From sequence record SRR20825019_1785: a stretch of 40,331 bases of DNA; one strand, 5' to 3'. Below are positions 17,312-27,873 of the stretch, one piece after another (the stretch's first letter is position 1; each line of letters opens with the position of its first letter). A program made the position numbers and the translations under genes. The notes below the pieces were generated by a model. The model had not been told where the DNA came from. It saw nothing but the letters and a program-made list of their open reading frames with translations, and made no database searches.

Positions 17312-19213
17312 ATGACAAATATCTACGATGCTTCGGCGATTGAAGTCCTGACAGGACTCGAGCCGGTCCGCAAGAGACCGGGCATGTACACCGATACCAC
17401 CCGACCCAACCATCTTGCCCAGGAAGTCATCGATAATAGTGTGGATGAGGCGATAGCCGGTCATGCTCGCCAGGTTGCGGTTATCCTGCACAAGGACAAT
17501 TCACTGGAAGTCAGCGATGATGGTCGCGGCATGCCCGTCGATATCCATCCGGAAGAGGGGGTGCCGGGTGTTGAAGTCATCCTGACCCGTCTGCATGCCG
17601 GTGGTAAATTCTCCAACAAAAACTACAAATACTCCGGTGGACTGCATGGTGTGGGCGTGTCTGTGGTCAATGCCCTTTCGTTGCGACTCGAAGTCAAAAT
17701 CAAGCGTAATGGTATTGAATACGCGACGGCCTTTGAAAGCGGCGTTCTGAAGGAACCGCTATCAGAAATCGGCACAGTGGGGAAACGAAATACCGGTACC
17801 AGTCTGCGTTTCTGGGCGGATGAATCATTTTTTGACAGCCCCAAATATTCGGTTGCCCGCCTGCGCCATGTGCTGCGCGCGAAAGCCGTTTTATGTCCGG
17901 GACTGGTGGTCACGTTTACCGATCTGAGTGGCAAGGAAAAAGTCGAAGATCGCTGGTGTTATGAAGACGGGCTAAAATCCTATCTGGCTTCGGCAATGAC
18001 CGATGAACCCTGTGTGCCGACTGCCCCCTTTGTCGGCCACATCAGCGAGGAAAACGAAGAAGTCGACTGGGCCATCATGTGGCAGCTGGAACCCGGAGAG
18101 GTACTGGCGGAAAGTTATGTCAATCTGATCCCGACTGCCCAGGGCGGTACCCATGTCAACGGTTTGCGCAGCGGTGTGCTGGATGCGCTGAGAGAATTCT
18201 GCGAGTTTCGAAACCTGCTGCCACGCGGCGTCAAGCTTACTCCGGAAGATGTCTGGGAACGTTGCTGCTACGTGCTGTCGGTCAAGCTGGAAGACCCGCA
18301 GTTCTCCGGTCAGACTAAGGAGCGTTTATCATCGAGGCAATGTGCCGGCTTTGTCTCCGGCGCCGTTAAGGATGCCTTCAGTCTCTGGCTCAACCATCAT
18401 GTTGAAGATGGCGAAAAGATTGCTGAGCTGGCCATCAGCAATGCCCAGTCCCGGCTCAAGCAAGCCAAGAAAGTGGTGCGTAAACGGGTACAATCCGGAC
18501 CGGCGCTGCCGGGTAAACTGGCAGATTGTACTTCCCAGGATCCGGCCCGTACTGAACTGTTTCTGGTGGAGGGTGACTCTGCCGGAGGCTCAGCCAAACA
18601 GGGCCGGGAAAGGGAGTTTCAGGCCATCATGCCGTTGCGCGGTAAAATTCTGAATACCTGGGAGGTTGAACCCACCCAGGTGCTGGCCTCGCAGGAAGTG
18701 CACGACATTGCGGTGGCAATCGGTGTCGATCCGGGCTCAGATGATCTGACCGGTCTCCGCTATGGCAAAATCTGCATTCTCGCCGACGCCGACTCTGATG
18801 GTGCCCATATCGCGACCTTGCTCTGCGCGCTGTTTGTGCGTCATTTCCGACCGTTGGTGGAAGCCGGTCATATCTGTGTGGCGATGCCACCACTGTACCG
18901 GATTGATGTCGGCAAACAGGTGTTTTACGCACTGGATGATGAAGAGCGGCAGATTATTCTGGATCGTATCGAAAGAGAAAATATCAAGGGCAAGGTCAGT
19001 ACCCAGCGGTTTAAAGGGCTGGGCGAAATGAACCCGCCACAACTGCGTGAAACCACCATGGCACCGGATACCCGCCGTCTGGTCAGACTGACCATCAGCG
19101 CGGATGATGACACCATGATGACGCTGGATAAACTGCTCGCCAAAAAACGTGCCGGTGATCGTAAAGCCTGGCTGGAACAACACGGCGACCTGGCTGATCT
19201 GGCCGCCCTGTAA
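17312..19213 (+). CDS. parE: DNA topoisomerase IV subunit B
   Basis: YDASAIEVLTGLEPVRKRPGMY, EVIDNSVDE, LVEGDSAGGS, PLRGKILN, DADSDG; 633 aa without the GyrB insertion. Confidence 0.97.
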   Translation: MTNIYDASAIEVLTGLEPVRKRPGMYTDTTRPNHLAQEVIDNSVDEAIAGHARQVAVILHKDNSLEVSDDGRGMPVDIHPEEGVPGVEVILTRLHAGGKFSNKNYKYSGGLHGVGVSVVNALSLRLEVKIKRNGIEYATAFESGVLKEPLSEIGTVGKRNTGTSLRFWADESFFDSPKYSVARLRHVLRAKAVLCPGLVVTFTDLSGKEKVEDRWCYEDGLKSYLASAMTDEPCVPTAPFVGHISEENEEVDWAIMWQLEPGEVLAESYVNLIPTAQGGTHVNGLRSGVLDALREFCEFRNLLPRGVKLTPEDVWERCCYVLSVKLEDPQFSGQTKERLSSRQCAGFVSGAVKDAFSLWLNHHVEDGEKIAELAISNAQSRLKQAKKVVRKRVQSGPALPGKLADCTSQDPARTELFLVEGDSAGGSAKQGREREFQAIMPLRGKILNTWEVEPTQVLASQEVHDIAVAIGVDPGSDDLTGLRYGKICILADADSDGAHIATLLCALFVRHFRPLVEAGHICVAMPPLYRIDVGKQVFYALDDEERQIILDRIERENIKGKVSTQRFKGLGEMNPPQLRETTMAPDTRRLVRLTISADDDTMMTLDKLLAKKRAGDRKAWLEQHGDLADLAAL

Positions 19214-19231
19214 GCAACAAGAGATAAGACC

Positions 19232-21475
19232 ATGACTGCCATTGTCGATGATTTGGAACAGCTGTCACTACGTGACTTCACAGAAAAAGCCTATCTGGAT
19301 TATTCGATGTACGTCATTCTGGACCGGGCACTGCCACATATCGGTGACGGCCTGAAACCGGTACAGAGACGCATTATCTACGCGATGTCGGAACTGGGCC
19401 TGAGCGCCCTGTCCAAACACAAGAAATCGGCCCGTACCGTGGGTGACGTCCTGGGTAAATACCATCCCCACGGTGACTCGGCCTGTTATGAAGCGATGGT
19501 GCTGATGGCGCAGCCGTTTTCCTATCGCTATCCGTTGATTGACGGCCAGGGTAACTGGGGCTCGATTGATGATCCCAAATCCTTTGCCGCGATGCGTTAT
19601 ACCGAGGCCCGGCTGGCCCCTTATGCCCAGGTGCTGCTGAGCGAATTAGGGCAGGGCACGGCGGACTGGGTGCCCAACTTTGACGGCACTATGGATGAAC
19701 CATCGCTGTTGCCGGCGCGCTTACCCAATCTGCTGCTTAACGGCACCACCGGTATTGCCGTTGGTATGGCCACCGATGTGCCGCCGCACAATCTGAGGGA
19801 AGTGGTGGATGCCTGCCTCAAATTGCTGAAGTCTCCCCGCACCACGCTGGAAGAGATTCTGGAAGATATTCAGGGGCCGGATTTCCCCACCGGTGCAGAG
19901 ATCATCTCCAGCCGCGAAGAAATTCAGAAGATTTACGAAACAGGTCACGGCTCCGTCAAACAACGTGCCTCCTATGCCAAAGTCGACGGCGACATCATTA
20001 TTGATGCGCTGCCTTACCAGGTCTCCGGTGCCAGAATTCTGGAACAAATCGCGGCCCAGATGCAGGCCAAAAAGCTGCCGATGGTGGCTGATCTGCGTGA
20101 TGAGTCGGATCACGAACACCTGGTCAGACTGGTGATTGTGCCGCGTTCCAACCGGGTCGATGTCGACGGCCTGATGTCACATCTGTTTGCCACCACGGAT
20201 CTGGAACGCAGCCACCGCATAAACATGAACATGATCGGCATGGATGGCCGGCCGCAGGTCAAAAATCTGCGGGATATGCTGCTGGAATGGCTGGAATACC
20301 GTGTCACGACGGTACGCCGGCGCTTACAGTACCGGCTCGACAAAGTGCTGGATCGCATGCATGTGCTGGAAGGCTTGCTGATTGCCTATCTCAATATTGA
20401 TGAAGTCATTGCCATCATCCGCCATGAGGATGAGCCCAAGCAGGTGATGATGGAACGCTTTGGCATCAGTGATCGCCAGGCAGAAGCGATTCTCGAACTG
20501 CGTTTGCGCCACTTGGCCAAACTGGAAGAAATGAAAATCCGCGGCGAGCAGGATGAGTTGGCCAAGGAGCGCAAACAGCTGGAATTGCTGCTGAGTTCCG
20601 ATAACCGCCTGAAAACCCTGATTCGCAAAGAACTCACCGCCGATGCCGAAAAATTTGGTGATGATCGACGCTCACCCATTGTTGCACGCAAGGCGGCAAA
20701 AGCGCTGGATGCCACTGAACTGCTGCCGACCGAACCATTGACTATTGTGCTGTCTGAAAGCGGCTGGGTGCGGGCGGCCAAAGGGCATGATGTCGATCCG
20801 GTTTCGCTCAATTACCGCACCGGCGACCGTTATCTGACCTCGGTCAAGGCACGCAGCAACCAGCAGATTGTGTTTCTGGACCAGACCGGTCGCAGTTACT
20901 CCCTGTCTGCCCATTCACTACCATCGGCACGAGGGCAGGGCGAACCATTGAGTGGTCGTCTGCAATCGCCGCCTGAAGTGCGTTTTGTTTCGGTGCTTGC
21001 CGTTGAGGATGGCAATAAGCCGGTCCTGCTGACAAACACAGCCGGTTACGGCTTTGTCACTACGCTGGATAATTTGCTGGCTAAGAACAAGGCCGGTAAA
21101 GCTGTCTTCAATGTACCGGAGGGGGCACAGATTCTGCCACCATTGTTGCTGGATAATCCGCAACAGGATCAGGTCGCGGTAGCCGCCGGTGACGGCCGGC
21201 TGCTGGTGTTTGCTGTCAGTGAAATACCGCCGCTGAATAAAGGTAAAGGGGTCAGATTGATCAATATTCCGCAGGCCCGTTTCAGTGCCGGTCAGGAATG
21301 GATGCAGTCAGTGATTATTGTGCCGCAGGCAAGCAGCCTGACTTTGCATGCCGGCCGCCGTCACCTGACCCTGAAACCGGCTGATCTCGCACACTATGCC
21401 GGTGAACGCGGCAAGCGCGGTCATAAACTGCCACGCGGTTTACAGAAAGTGAGCGGGGTCGAAGTCGCAGACTGA
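19232..21475 (+). CDS. parC: DNA topoisomerase IV subunit A
   Basis: [38 protein letters not shown]; no GyrA box; 747 aa. Confidence 0.97.
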   Translation: MTAIVDDLEQLSLRDFTEKAYLDYSMYVILDRALPHIGDGLKPVQRRIIYAMSELGLSALSKHKKSARTVGDVLGKYHPHGDSACYEAMVLMAQPFSYRYPLIDGQGNWGSIDDPKSFAAMRYTEARLAPYAQVLLSELGQGTADWVPNFDGTMDEPSLLPARLPNLLLNGTTGIAVGMATDVPPHNLREVVDACLKLLKSPRTTLEEILEDIQGPDFPTGAEIISSREEIQKIYETGHGSVKQRASYAKVDGDIIIDALPYQVSGARILEQIAAQMQAKKLPMVADLRDESDHEHLVRLVIVPRSNRVDVDGLMSHLFATTDLERSHRINMNMIGMDGRPQVKNLRDMLLEWLEYRVTTVRRRLQYRLDKVLDRMHVLEGLLIAYLNIDEVIAIIRHEDEPKQVMMERFGISDRQAEAILELRLRHLAKLEEMKIRGEQDELAKERKQLELLLSSDNRLKTLIRKELTADAEKFGDDRRSPIVARKAAKALDATELLPTEPLTIVLSESGWVRAAKGHDVDPVSLNYRTGDRYLTSVKARSNQQIVFLDQTGRSYSLSAHSLPSARGQGEPLSGRLQSPPEVRFVSVLAVEDGNKPVLLTNTAGYGFVTTLDNLLAKNKAGKAVFNVPEGAQILPPLLLDNPQQDQVAVAAGDGRLLVFAVSEIPPLNKGKGVRLINIPQARFSAGQEWMQSVIIVPQASSLTLHAGRRHLTLKPADLAHYAGERGKRGHKLPRGLQKVSGVEVAD

Positions 21476-21516
21476 CAGCGTTAAACTTTAGATTCAGTTT
21501 AGCAGTCACAGAAGTT

Positions 21517-21990
21517 ATGCAGGATTCTCCTCACGCCCATTTTCCGGTTACTGCCGTATTGCAGAAAAAACCCAGTCAGCATCGCTGGCTGAAAGTGTCG
21601 TGGAGATTGCTGGGTTTTCTACCCGGGCTGGATGAAACCACATTGCAGCAGGCTGCCGCTGAGGGTGAGCTGGTTTATCTGACGGAATTGCAATTTCAAC
21701 TGTATAAACAGCATTGTGATGCTTACTACCACAACCTGATGTCAGGGGCGCCCAAGGGGTATCTGATCTGTAGTGAAGAAGGGGATTCACTGGCGCCGAT
21801 GCTGGCTACTGTCGATTTTGATGAAGCGGCTTCTTTTATGGAAACCGATGAAGTCGTCCTCGATGCGCCATTGGCTGATGCCCTGTGTGTCTGGCTGGAG
21901 CATTTTGTGGTGGCACATTATCAACCGACCGCACCCAAAAAACGCCGTCGTCGTAAATGGCACGAGGCGGAAAAAGGGGAGTCGCAATGA
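21517..21990 (+). CDS. DUF3305 protein (FDH-cluster accessory)
   Basis: HRW..W, YYHNLMSGAP and C-terminal PKKRRR motifs; position ahead of DUF3306 and the FDH genes. Confidence 0.8.
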   Translation: MQDSPHAHFPVTAVLQKKPSQHRWLKVSWRLLGFLPGLDETTLQQAAAEGELVYLTELQFQLYKQHCDAYYHNLMSGAPKGYLICSEEGDSLAPMLATVDFDEAASFMETDEVVLDAPLADALCVWLEHFVVAHYQPTAPKKRRRRKWHEAEKGESQ

Positions 21991-22448
21991 GCCGTGAACA
22001 AGACAAAAAAGGCTTCCTGAACCGCTGGTCCAAACGCAAGCTGGAAAATGACACTGGAACATCCTCAGACCGCTTGCCATCTGAGGACGCGGCGTCTTTT
22101 GTGGACACTGCGGAAAACAGCAGTGAGACCGCTTCTGAGGCACAGAGCGAATCGGCATTACCAATCTGGCAGCGCGAGGATGTTGACGCCGAGACCAGGA
22201 AGGCCGCGTTGCGCAGCTTATTTCGCAAGCCTGAATTTAATATCCGTGATGGCTTGAACGAATACGATGATGATTTCAGCCATTTTGCCGGTCTGGGGGA
22301 TATCGTCACGCAGGATATGAAACGTATGCTGAAGTTGGCTGAGGAAAAAACACGGCCGTCGCAGACAGCTGAAAAAGAATCTGCAACAGAAACAGACCAG
22401 CAACAAGATAATGACAAAGACAACCAAGAGGACAAAGACCTTGCATAG
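21987..22448 (+). CDS. DUF3306 protein (FDH-cluster accessory)
   Basis: FLNRWSKRK and RKAALRSLF...FNIRDGLNEYDDDF; ATGA overlap at 21987. Confidence 0.82.
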   Translation: MSREQDKKGFLNRWSKRKLENDTGTSSDRLPSEDAASFVDTAENSSETASEAQSESALPIWQREDVDAETRKAALRSLFRKPEFNIRDGLNEYDDDFSHFAGLGDIVTQDMKRMLKLAEEKTRPSQTAEKESATETDQQQDNDKDNQEDKDLA

Positions 22449-23988
22449 AGCTGTGGTAGAAGCCGGACTGATGGATATCGAGCCGGAACAACAAATCAGC
22501 TTCGAATCCAGCGGCCGCTGCCTGCTTATCGGTCCGGCTGACATCCTCAATCGGATTATGCCGCGCCTGTCTGCGCTCTCGCTTTATGGCTATGCCAGTG
22601 ATGAACTGGCGCTTGAGGCTGACGAATCTGTCACTGTTGTCCGCCAGCCTTTGACAGAGTTGAGCGGGTGGCTGGGCGCATTTCAGGCCCGCTTCGGTGA
22701 ACATGAGCTGACAGTTGATCTGGTGCTGGATCTGGGTGAGACGCCGATGATTACGAGCAAAGTCCCACCACTGGGCTATTTTGCGCCCGGTGGAGATCCG
22801 CAGGCACTGGCTGAAGCGCTTCAGCAATTACCGGATCTGGTGGGCGAGTTCGATAAACCCCGCTTTTTTGATTACAACCCGGATATCTGTGCTCACAGCC
22901 GCCGCGGGGTCAAAGGCTGCACCAACTGTATTGATGCCTGTCCGGCTGAAGCTGTCAGCAGCGGCGGGGATTTAATTAATGTGAATCCGAATCTGTGTCA
23001 GGGCTGTGGCAGTTGCACTGTGGTGTGTCCTTCCGGTGCCATCAGTTATGCCTTACCGACGCTGGATGTCAGCATTAACCGGCTGCGACAGATGATGCAG
23101 GAATATGGCCGGCATGAATCACGGCCGCCGCAATTACTGATTCATGATGAAAATCTGGGGCTGCAGCAACTGGAAGCCTATGATTATCCTTTCGCTGATG
23201 ATGTGCTTCCCTTTTCGATAGAAGAAATCGGTGCGCTGGGCCAGCCTTTCTGGCTGACCGCCTTTGCTTATGGCGTGTCACGGATACTCATCTGGGATGC
23301 CGGCAGCCATGATGACCATGATTGGCAGGAACTGCAGCGCAGCATGGAGGAGAGCAATGCCATGCTGGCTGAACTGGGTCTGTCAGATCGTCGTATTGAT
23401 TATCTTCACAGCCGTGAGATTGAAGGATTGCAATCAGCCTTGTCTCAGCAGCCTGCGGTGGTCGAGATTGAGGCAGCCCGCTTTGCCGGTGTCAATGATA
23501 AGCGGCGGATGACAACCATGGCGCTGAGTCATCTGCATCAACAGGCGCCACAACAGCCTGCCTTAATGCCGTTGTCTGCTGAGGCCGCTTTCGGTGAAAT
23601 TACTGTCGACAAACAGGCCTGTACCTTGTGTATGTCCTGTGTGTCTGTATGCCCGGCCGGCGCTGTCGTTGATGGGGTTGATCAACCCCAGCTGCACTTT
23701 ATCGAGGACCTCTGTGTGCAATGCGGCCTGTGCGAAACAGCATGCCCGGAAGATGCGATAGCGCTTGCGCCACGCTATGTTTTCGATAGAAACGAAGCCA
23801 GACACAAGCGCTTGTTGCACGAAGAGCCGGTTTTCAACTGTATCCGTTGTAACAAAGCCTTTGCCACCCAGAAAATGATCGACACTATCATCGGCAAACT
23901 GTCGGATCACCCGATGTTCCAGGGGCAGGCGCTGGATCGACTGAAAATGTGTGAAGACTGCCGGGTCAAATCGATGTTTAATCATTAA
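22441..23988 (+). CDS. Multi-[4Fe-4S] polyferredoxin-like protein of FDH clusters
   Basis: Several CxxCxxCxxxCP motifs (CQGCGSCTVVCP, CTLCMSCVSVCP, CVQCGLCETACP) and C-terminal CIRC/CEDC. TTG start at 22441 after GAGG inferred. Confidence 0.85.
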   Translation: MHRAVVEAGLMDIEPEQQISFESSGRCLLIGPADILNRIMPRLSALSLYGYASDELALEADESVTVVRQPLTELSGWLGAFQARFGEHELTVDLVLDLGETPMITSKVPPLGYFAPGGDPQALAEALQQLPDLVGEFDKPRFFDYNPDICAHSRRGVKGCTNCIDACPAEAVSSGGDLINVNPNLCQGCGSCTVVCPSGAISYALPTLDVSINRLRQMMQEYGRHESRPPQLLIHDENLGLQQLEAYDYPFADDVLPFSIEEIGALGQPFWLTAFAYGVSRILIWDAGSHDDHDWQELQRSMEESNAMLAELGLSDRRIDYLHSREIEGLQSALSQQPAVVEIEAARFAGVNDKRRMTTMALSHLHQQAPQQPALMPLSAEAAFGEITVDKQACTLCMSCVSVCPAGAVVDGVDQPQLHFIEDLCVQCGLCETACPEDAIALAPRYVFDRNEARHKRLLHEEPVFNCIRCNKAFATQKMIDTIIGKLSDHPMFQGQALDRLKMCEDCRVKSMFNH

Positions 23989-24019
23989 CTCAAGCATGAA
24001 AAAAGAGAAGGTCTGAAAC

Positions 24020-24583
24020 ATGGAGCAGGATGCGTGGCGGGCACAACATTATGCGTTGCTGGCAACATTACTGGCAGCCCCACCGGCTCAGAGTCTGCTG
24101 GGAAATATAGCCGAGGTGGATTTAAGTGATCCCGATTCCGAAATGGGCCGGGCCTGGCAGGGGCTGAAACAGGCTGCAGAAACTGCACAGGCAGAACAGC
24201 TGGAACAGGAATTTAATGACCTTTTTATCGGTCTGAGCCAGGGCGAGGTGATTCCCTACGGTTCTTTCTACCAGACAGGGTTTTTACATGAAAAACCACT
24301 GGCAAAACTGCGTCAGGATTTAGCTTTACTGGGCCTGGAACGGCAACAGGACAGAAAAGAACCGGAAGATCATATTGCGGCTGAATGCGATGTGATGCGG
24401 TTGATCCTGACCGCGCAGGGGACCCCAGTGATTGATGCCGCGACATTCTTTAACAGACATATTTCTCCCTGGGCGAATCAGTTTTTTGCAGATTTGGCAA
24501 AAGCAGACAGCGCTGTTTTCTACCGCCATCTGGCCACTTTTGCTGGGGTTTTCATCCAGGCTGAGGCGCAGTCGATGAAATAG
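24020..24583 (+). CDS. TorD/DmsD-family molybdoenzyme chaperone
   Basis: PYGSFY and EPEDHIAAE motifs; FFNRHISPW. Confidence 0.9.
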   Translation: MEQDAWRAQHYALLATLLAAPPAQSLLGNIAEVDLSDPDSEMGRAWQGLKQAAETAQAEQLEQEFNDLFIGLSQGEVIPYGSFYQTGFLHEKPLAKLRQDLALLGLERQQDRKEPEDHIAAECDVMRLILTAQGTPVIDAATFFNRHISPWANQFFADLAKADSAVFYRHLATFAGVFIQAEAQSMK

Positions 24584-24590
24584 GCAATGA

Positions 24591-24643
24591 TTGACATATT
24601 TCATCAATAAACCCTTGATAGACCACAGTAGCTGCGCGATACT
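24591..24643 (+). promoter_or_regulatory. Putative internal promoter for the periplasmic FDH structural genes, with degenerate FNR-like site
   Basis: TTGATA(24615)-N17-GATACT(24638). TTGAC-ATAT-TTCAT (24591-24604) loosely matches TTGAT-N4-ATCAA. Confidence 0.35.
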
Positions 24644-24733
24644 CATGGTTAAAACAAATAAAGAGCAGGCAGACACTGTCTGCGTTGATTCACTGTTGAG
24701 GATTACCCTCAGCACTCGGTTTTCGGAGGCGTT

Positions 24734-24946
24734 ATGAGCACGCAAGACAGTCGCTCACGCAGGGACTTTCTGTTTAAGCTGACATCGGCAGTCGGCGGCG
24801 GTGTTGCTATCGCTGCTTCATCAGGTGTCGTTCAGGCCAAATCCCCTGCCCCGTCATCGGATGTAGAAGCCAAACCGGCGCCCACCCAGAAGGGCTATCA
24901 GCATACTGAGCATGTTGAGACATACTACCGCCTTGCCGATTTCTAA
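24734..24946 (+). CDS. Small Tat-signal protein of formate dehydrogenase loci
   Basis: SRRDFL twin-arginine motif, C-terminal KGYQHTEHVETYY; RBS GGAGG. Confidence 0.85.
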   Translation: MSTQDSRSRRDFLFKLTSAVGGGVAIAASSGVVQAKSPAPSSDVEAKPAPTQKGYQHTEHVETYYRLADF

Positions 24947-24962
24947 GCCTTGAGTGTCTGCA

Positions 24963-27857
24963 ATGAAACTGACTAAACGACAATCCGCCTCCACCCACAA
25001 AACAACTGGCGTTAACCGCCGGGCCTTTTTGAAGGGCTCCGGTATTGCAGCGGGTGGCGCTGCTTTTATGTCGATGTTGCCACCGGCAATGATGCAAAAA
25101 GCTGAAGCGGCTGAAGAACAACGTATCAGCTATGCCGATGGTGAAATCTCAAAGAAACGCAGTGTCTGTACTCACTGCAGTGTCGGTTGCGGTGTCATCG
25201 CTGAAGTCCAGAATGGTGTCTGGACCGGACAGGAACCCAGTTTCGAGCATCCTTTCAACCTGGGTGCTCACTGTGCCAAAGGCGCCTCGGTACGTGAACA
25301 TGGTCATGGTGACAAACGCCTCAAATATCCACTGAAAAAAGTGAATGGCAAATGGCAGCGGATAAGCTGGGAACAGGCGATTGAAGAAGTCGGCGATCGC
25401 ATGCTGTCGATTCGCGAACAGTCAGGCCCTGATTCAGTCTACTGGCTGGGCAGTGCCAAATATTCCAACGAGCAGTCCTACCTGTTCCGCAAATTTGCCG
25501 CGTTGTGGGGCACCAACAATGTCGACCACCAGGCACGGATCTGTCATTCCACTACCGTAGCCGGCGTAGCCAATACCTGGGGCTACGGTGCTATGACTAA
25601 CTCATACAACGATATTCACAACGCCAAGGCGATCTTTATCATCGGTGCCAATCCAGCTGAGGCTCACCCGGTTTCCTTGCAGCATATATTCCGTGGCAAA
25701 GAACGCGGCGCCCCCCTCATCGTTGTTGATCCACGGATGACACGTACCGCAGCGCACGCGGACCAGTTTGTACGCATTCGTCCCGGCACCGATGTGCCGT
25801 TTGTGTGGGGCATGCTTTGGCACATCTTCGGAAACGGCTGGGAAGACAAAGAATTTATCCGCCAGCGGGTTTACGGCATGGACGAAATCCGTAAAGAAGT
25901 ATCCAAATGGACGCCGGCTGAAGTCGAGCGGGTCACCGGTGCCAAGGAAGCGGAAGTCTATCAGGCGGCCAAAACCATGGCTGATCATCGTCCCGGCACC
26001 TTCGTCTGGTGTATGGGGGGGACGCAGCACACGATTGGTAACAACAATACCCGTGCTTACTGTATTTTCCAGCTGGCGCTCGGGAATATGGGCGTTTCAG
26101 GTGGTGGTACCAACATTTTCCGCGGCCATGACAATGTACAGGGCGCGACTGATTTCGGTGTCTTGTCACATAGTCTTCCCGGCTATTACGGCCTGACTGA
26201 GGGGGCCTGGAAACACTGGGCCCGGGTTTGGGATGTCGATTACGAGTGGCTTAAAAACCGCTTTGACCAGAATGTGTATGAGCCTGAAGCCGGTATGGGC
26301 GAAGAGGGCCCCACCAGTGCCGGTCAGTCACCGATGTATACCAACGGTATTCCGGTCTCACGCTGGATAGACGGGGTACTGGAAGACAAGGAAAACATTG
26401 CTCAGAACGAAATCATCCGCGCTATGGTGCTGTGGGGGCATGCGCCCAACAGCCAGACCCGCGGGCCGGAAATGAAAGCGGCGATGGAGAAACTGGATAT
26501 GCTGGTCATTGTCGATCCGTATCCCACCGTTTCTGCCGTCATGAATGACCGGACTGATGGGGTGTATCTGCTGCCAGCGTCGACCCAGTTTGAAACCTAT
26601 GGTTCGGTTACCTCCTCCAACCGTTCAGTACAGTGGCGTCAGCAGATCATCGACCCGCTATTTGAATCTTTGCCCGACCATACCATCATGTACAAGTTTG
26701 CCAAGAAGTTCGGTTTTGCCGATAAGCTTTGCAAACACATTCAGGTCAACGGTGAAGAACCGCTGATTGAAGACATCACCCGCGAATATAACCGTGGCAT
26801 GTGGACAGTGGGTTATACCGGTCAGACACCGGAGCGCATGAAGTTGCAGTCAGAAAACCTGCATACTTTCGACAAAACCACGCTGCGGGCACAGGGTGGC
26901 CCCTGTGATGGCGAATATTATGGTCTGCCGTGGCCATGCTGGGGTACCGGCGAGATGAAACATCCGGGCAGTCCGATTCTGTATGACACATCAGTACCGG
27001 TTAAAGATGGTGGCCTGCCGTTCAGGGCCCGTTTCGGGGTGGAGCGTGATGGTGTCAACCTGCTGGCTGAGGACTCTTACACCGAAGGTTCGGAGATTAA
27101 AGACGGCTATCCCGAGTTCACTGCCGATATGCTCAAAGAGCTGGGCTGGTGGCATGAACTGACGCCGGAAGAGCAAAAAGAAGCTGAAGGCAGAAACTGG
27201 AAAACTGACCTGTCAGGCGGCATTCAGCGTGTCGTTATTAATCACGGCTGTGCGCCCTATGGTAACGCCAAGGCCAGAGCCATTGTCTGGCAATTTCCGG
27301 ATCCGGTACCGATACACCGTGAACCCCTTTACACCAATCGACGTGATCTGGTTGAGAAGTATCCGACCTATGAAGATCGCCGCAGTTTTTATCGCCTGCC
27401 CACCCGCTATGGTTCTATCCAGGCCAAGGATTTCAGCCAGGAATTTCCGTTGATTATGACCAGTGGACGGCTGGTGGAGTATGAAGGCGGTGGTGATGAA
27501 ACCCGTTCCAACCCCTGGCTGGCCGAACTGCAGCAGGACATGTTTATCGAGATCCATCCGGCCGATGCCAATAATACTGATGTCAAACACGGCGATATGG
27601 TCTGGGTAGATGGGCCTGAAGGGGGATCGATTAAAGTGATGGCCTTTGTCACTGAACGGGTGGAGCGCGGCACAGTCTTTATGCCTTTCCACTTCGGTGG
27701 CCATTATCAGGGTGAAGTGCTCAGGGATAAATATCCGGAAGGCACTGATCCGCATATTCTGGGTGAGTCCTGTAATGTCGTCTTCACCTACGGCTACGAT
27801 TCCGTGACCATGATGCAGGAGACCAAGGTCTCGCTGTGTCGGGTCAGAGCAGCTTAA
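24963..27857 (+). CDS. Tat-exported formate dehydrogenase catalytic (alpha) subunit, Mo/W-bisPGD, Cys ligand
   Basis: NRRAFLK Tat motif, CTHCSVGC...C cluster, NVDHQARICHS active-site motif and RGHDNVQG. ATG 24963 is the likely start. Confidence 0.93.
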   Translation: MKLTKRQSASTHKTTGVNRRAFLKGSGIAAGGAAFMSMLPPAMMQKAEAAEEQRISYADGEISKKRSVCTHCSVGCGVIAEVQNGVWTGQEPSFEHPFNLGAHCAKGASVREHGHGDKRLKYPLKKVNGKWQRISWEQAIEEVGDRMLSIREQSGPDSVYWLGSAKYSNEQSYLFRKFAALWGTNNVDHQARICHSTTVAGVANTWGYGAMTNSYNDIHNAKAIFIIGANPAEAHPVSLQHIFRGKERGAPLIVVDPRMTRTAAHADQFVRIRPGTDVPFVWGMLWHIFGNGWEDKEFIRQRVYGMDEIRKEVSKWTPAEVERVTGAKEAEVYQAAKTMADHRPGTFVWCMGGTQHTIGNNNTRAYCIFQLALGNMGVSGGGTNIFRGHDNVQGATDFGVLSHSLPGYYGLTEGAWKHWARVWDVDYEWLKNRFDQNVYEPEAGMGEEGPTSAGQSPMYTNGIPVSRWIDGVLEDKENIAQNEIIRAMVLWGHAPNSQTRGPEMKAAMEKLDMLVIVDPYPTVSAVMNDRTDGVYLLPASTQFETYGSVTSSNRSVQWRQQIIDPLFESLPDHTIMYKFAKKFGFADKLCKHIQVNGEEPLIEDITREYNRGMWTVGYTGQTPERMKLQSENLHTFDKTTLRAQGGPCDGEYYGLPWPCWGTGEMKHPGSPILYDTSVPVKDGGLPFRARFGVERDGVNLLAEDSYTEGSEIKDGYPEFTADMLKELGWWHELTPEEQKEAEGRNWKTDLSGGIQRVVINHGCAPYGNAKARAIVWQFPDPVPIHREPLYTNRRDLVEKYPTYEDRRSFYRLPTRYGSIQAKDFSQEFPLIMTSGRLVEYEGGGDETRSNPWLAELQQDMFIEIHPADANNTDVKHGDMVWVDGPEGGSIKVMAFVTERVERGTVFMPFHFGGHYQGEVLRDKYPEGTDPHILGESCNVVFTYGYDSVTMMQETKVSLCRVRAA

Positions 27858-27873
27858 GCAAAGAGGTTAAATC

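Noticed and set aside
24650-24733. Moco/Tuco riboswitch in the FDH leader
   Set aside because: It is too short and I cannot see the characteristic multi-stem motif. Kept only as a generic structured leader.
25530-25560. Selenocysteine recoding in either FDH alpha subunit
   Set aside because: Both active-site codons are TGT (Cys), and both ORFs lack in-frame TGA.
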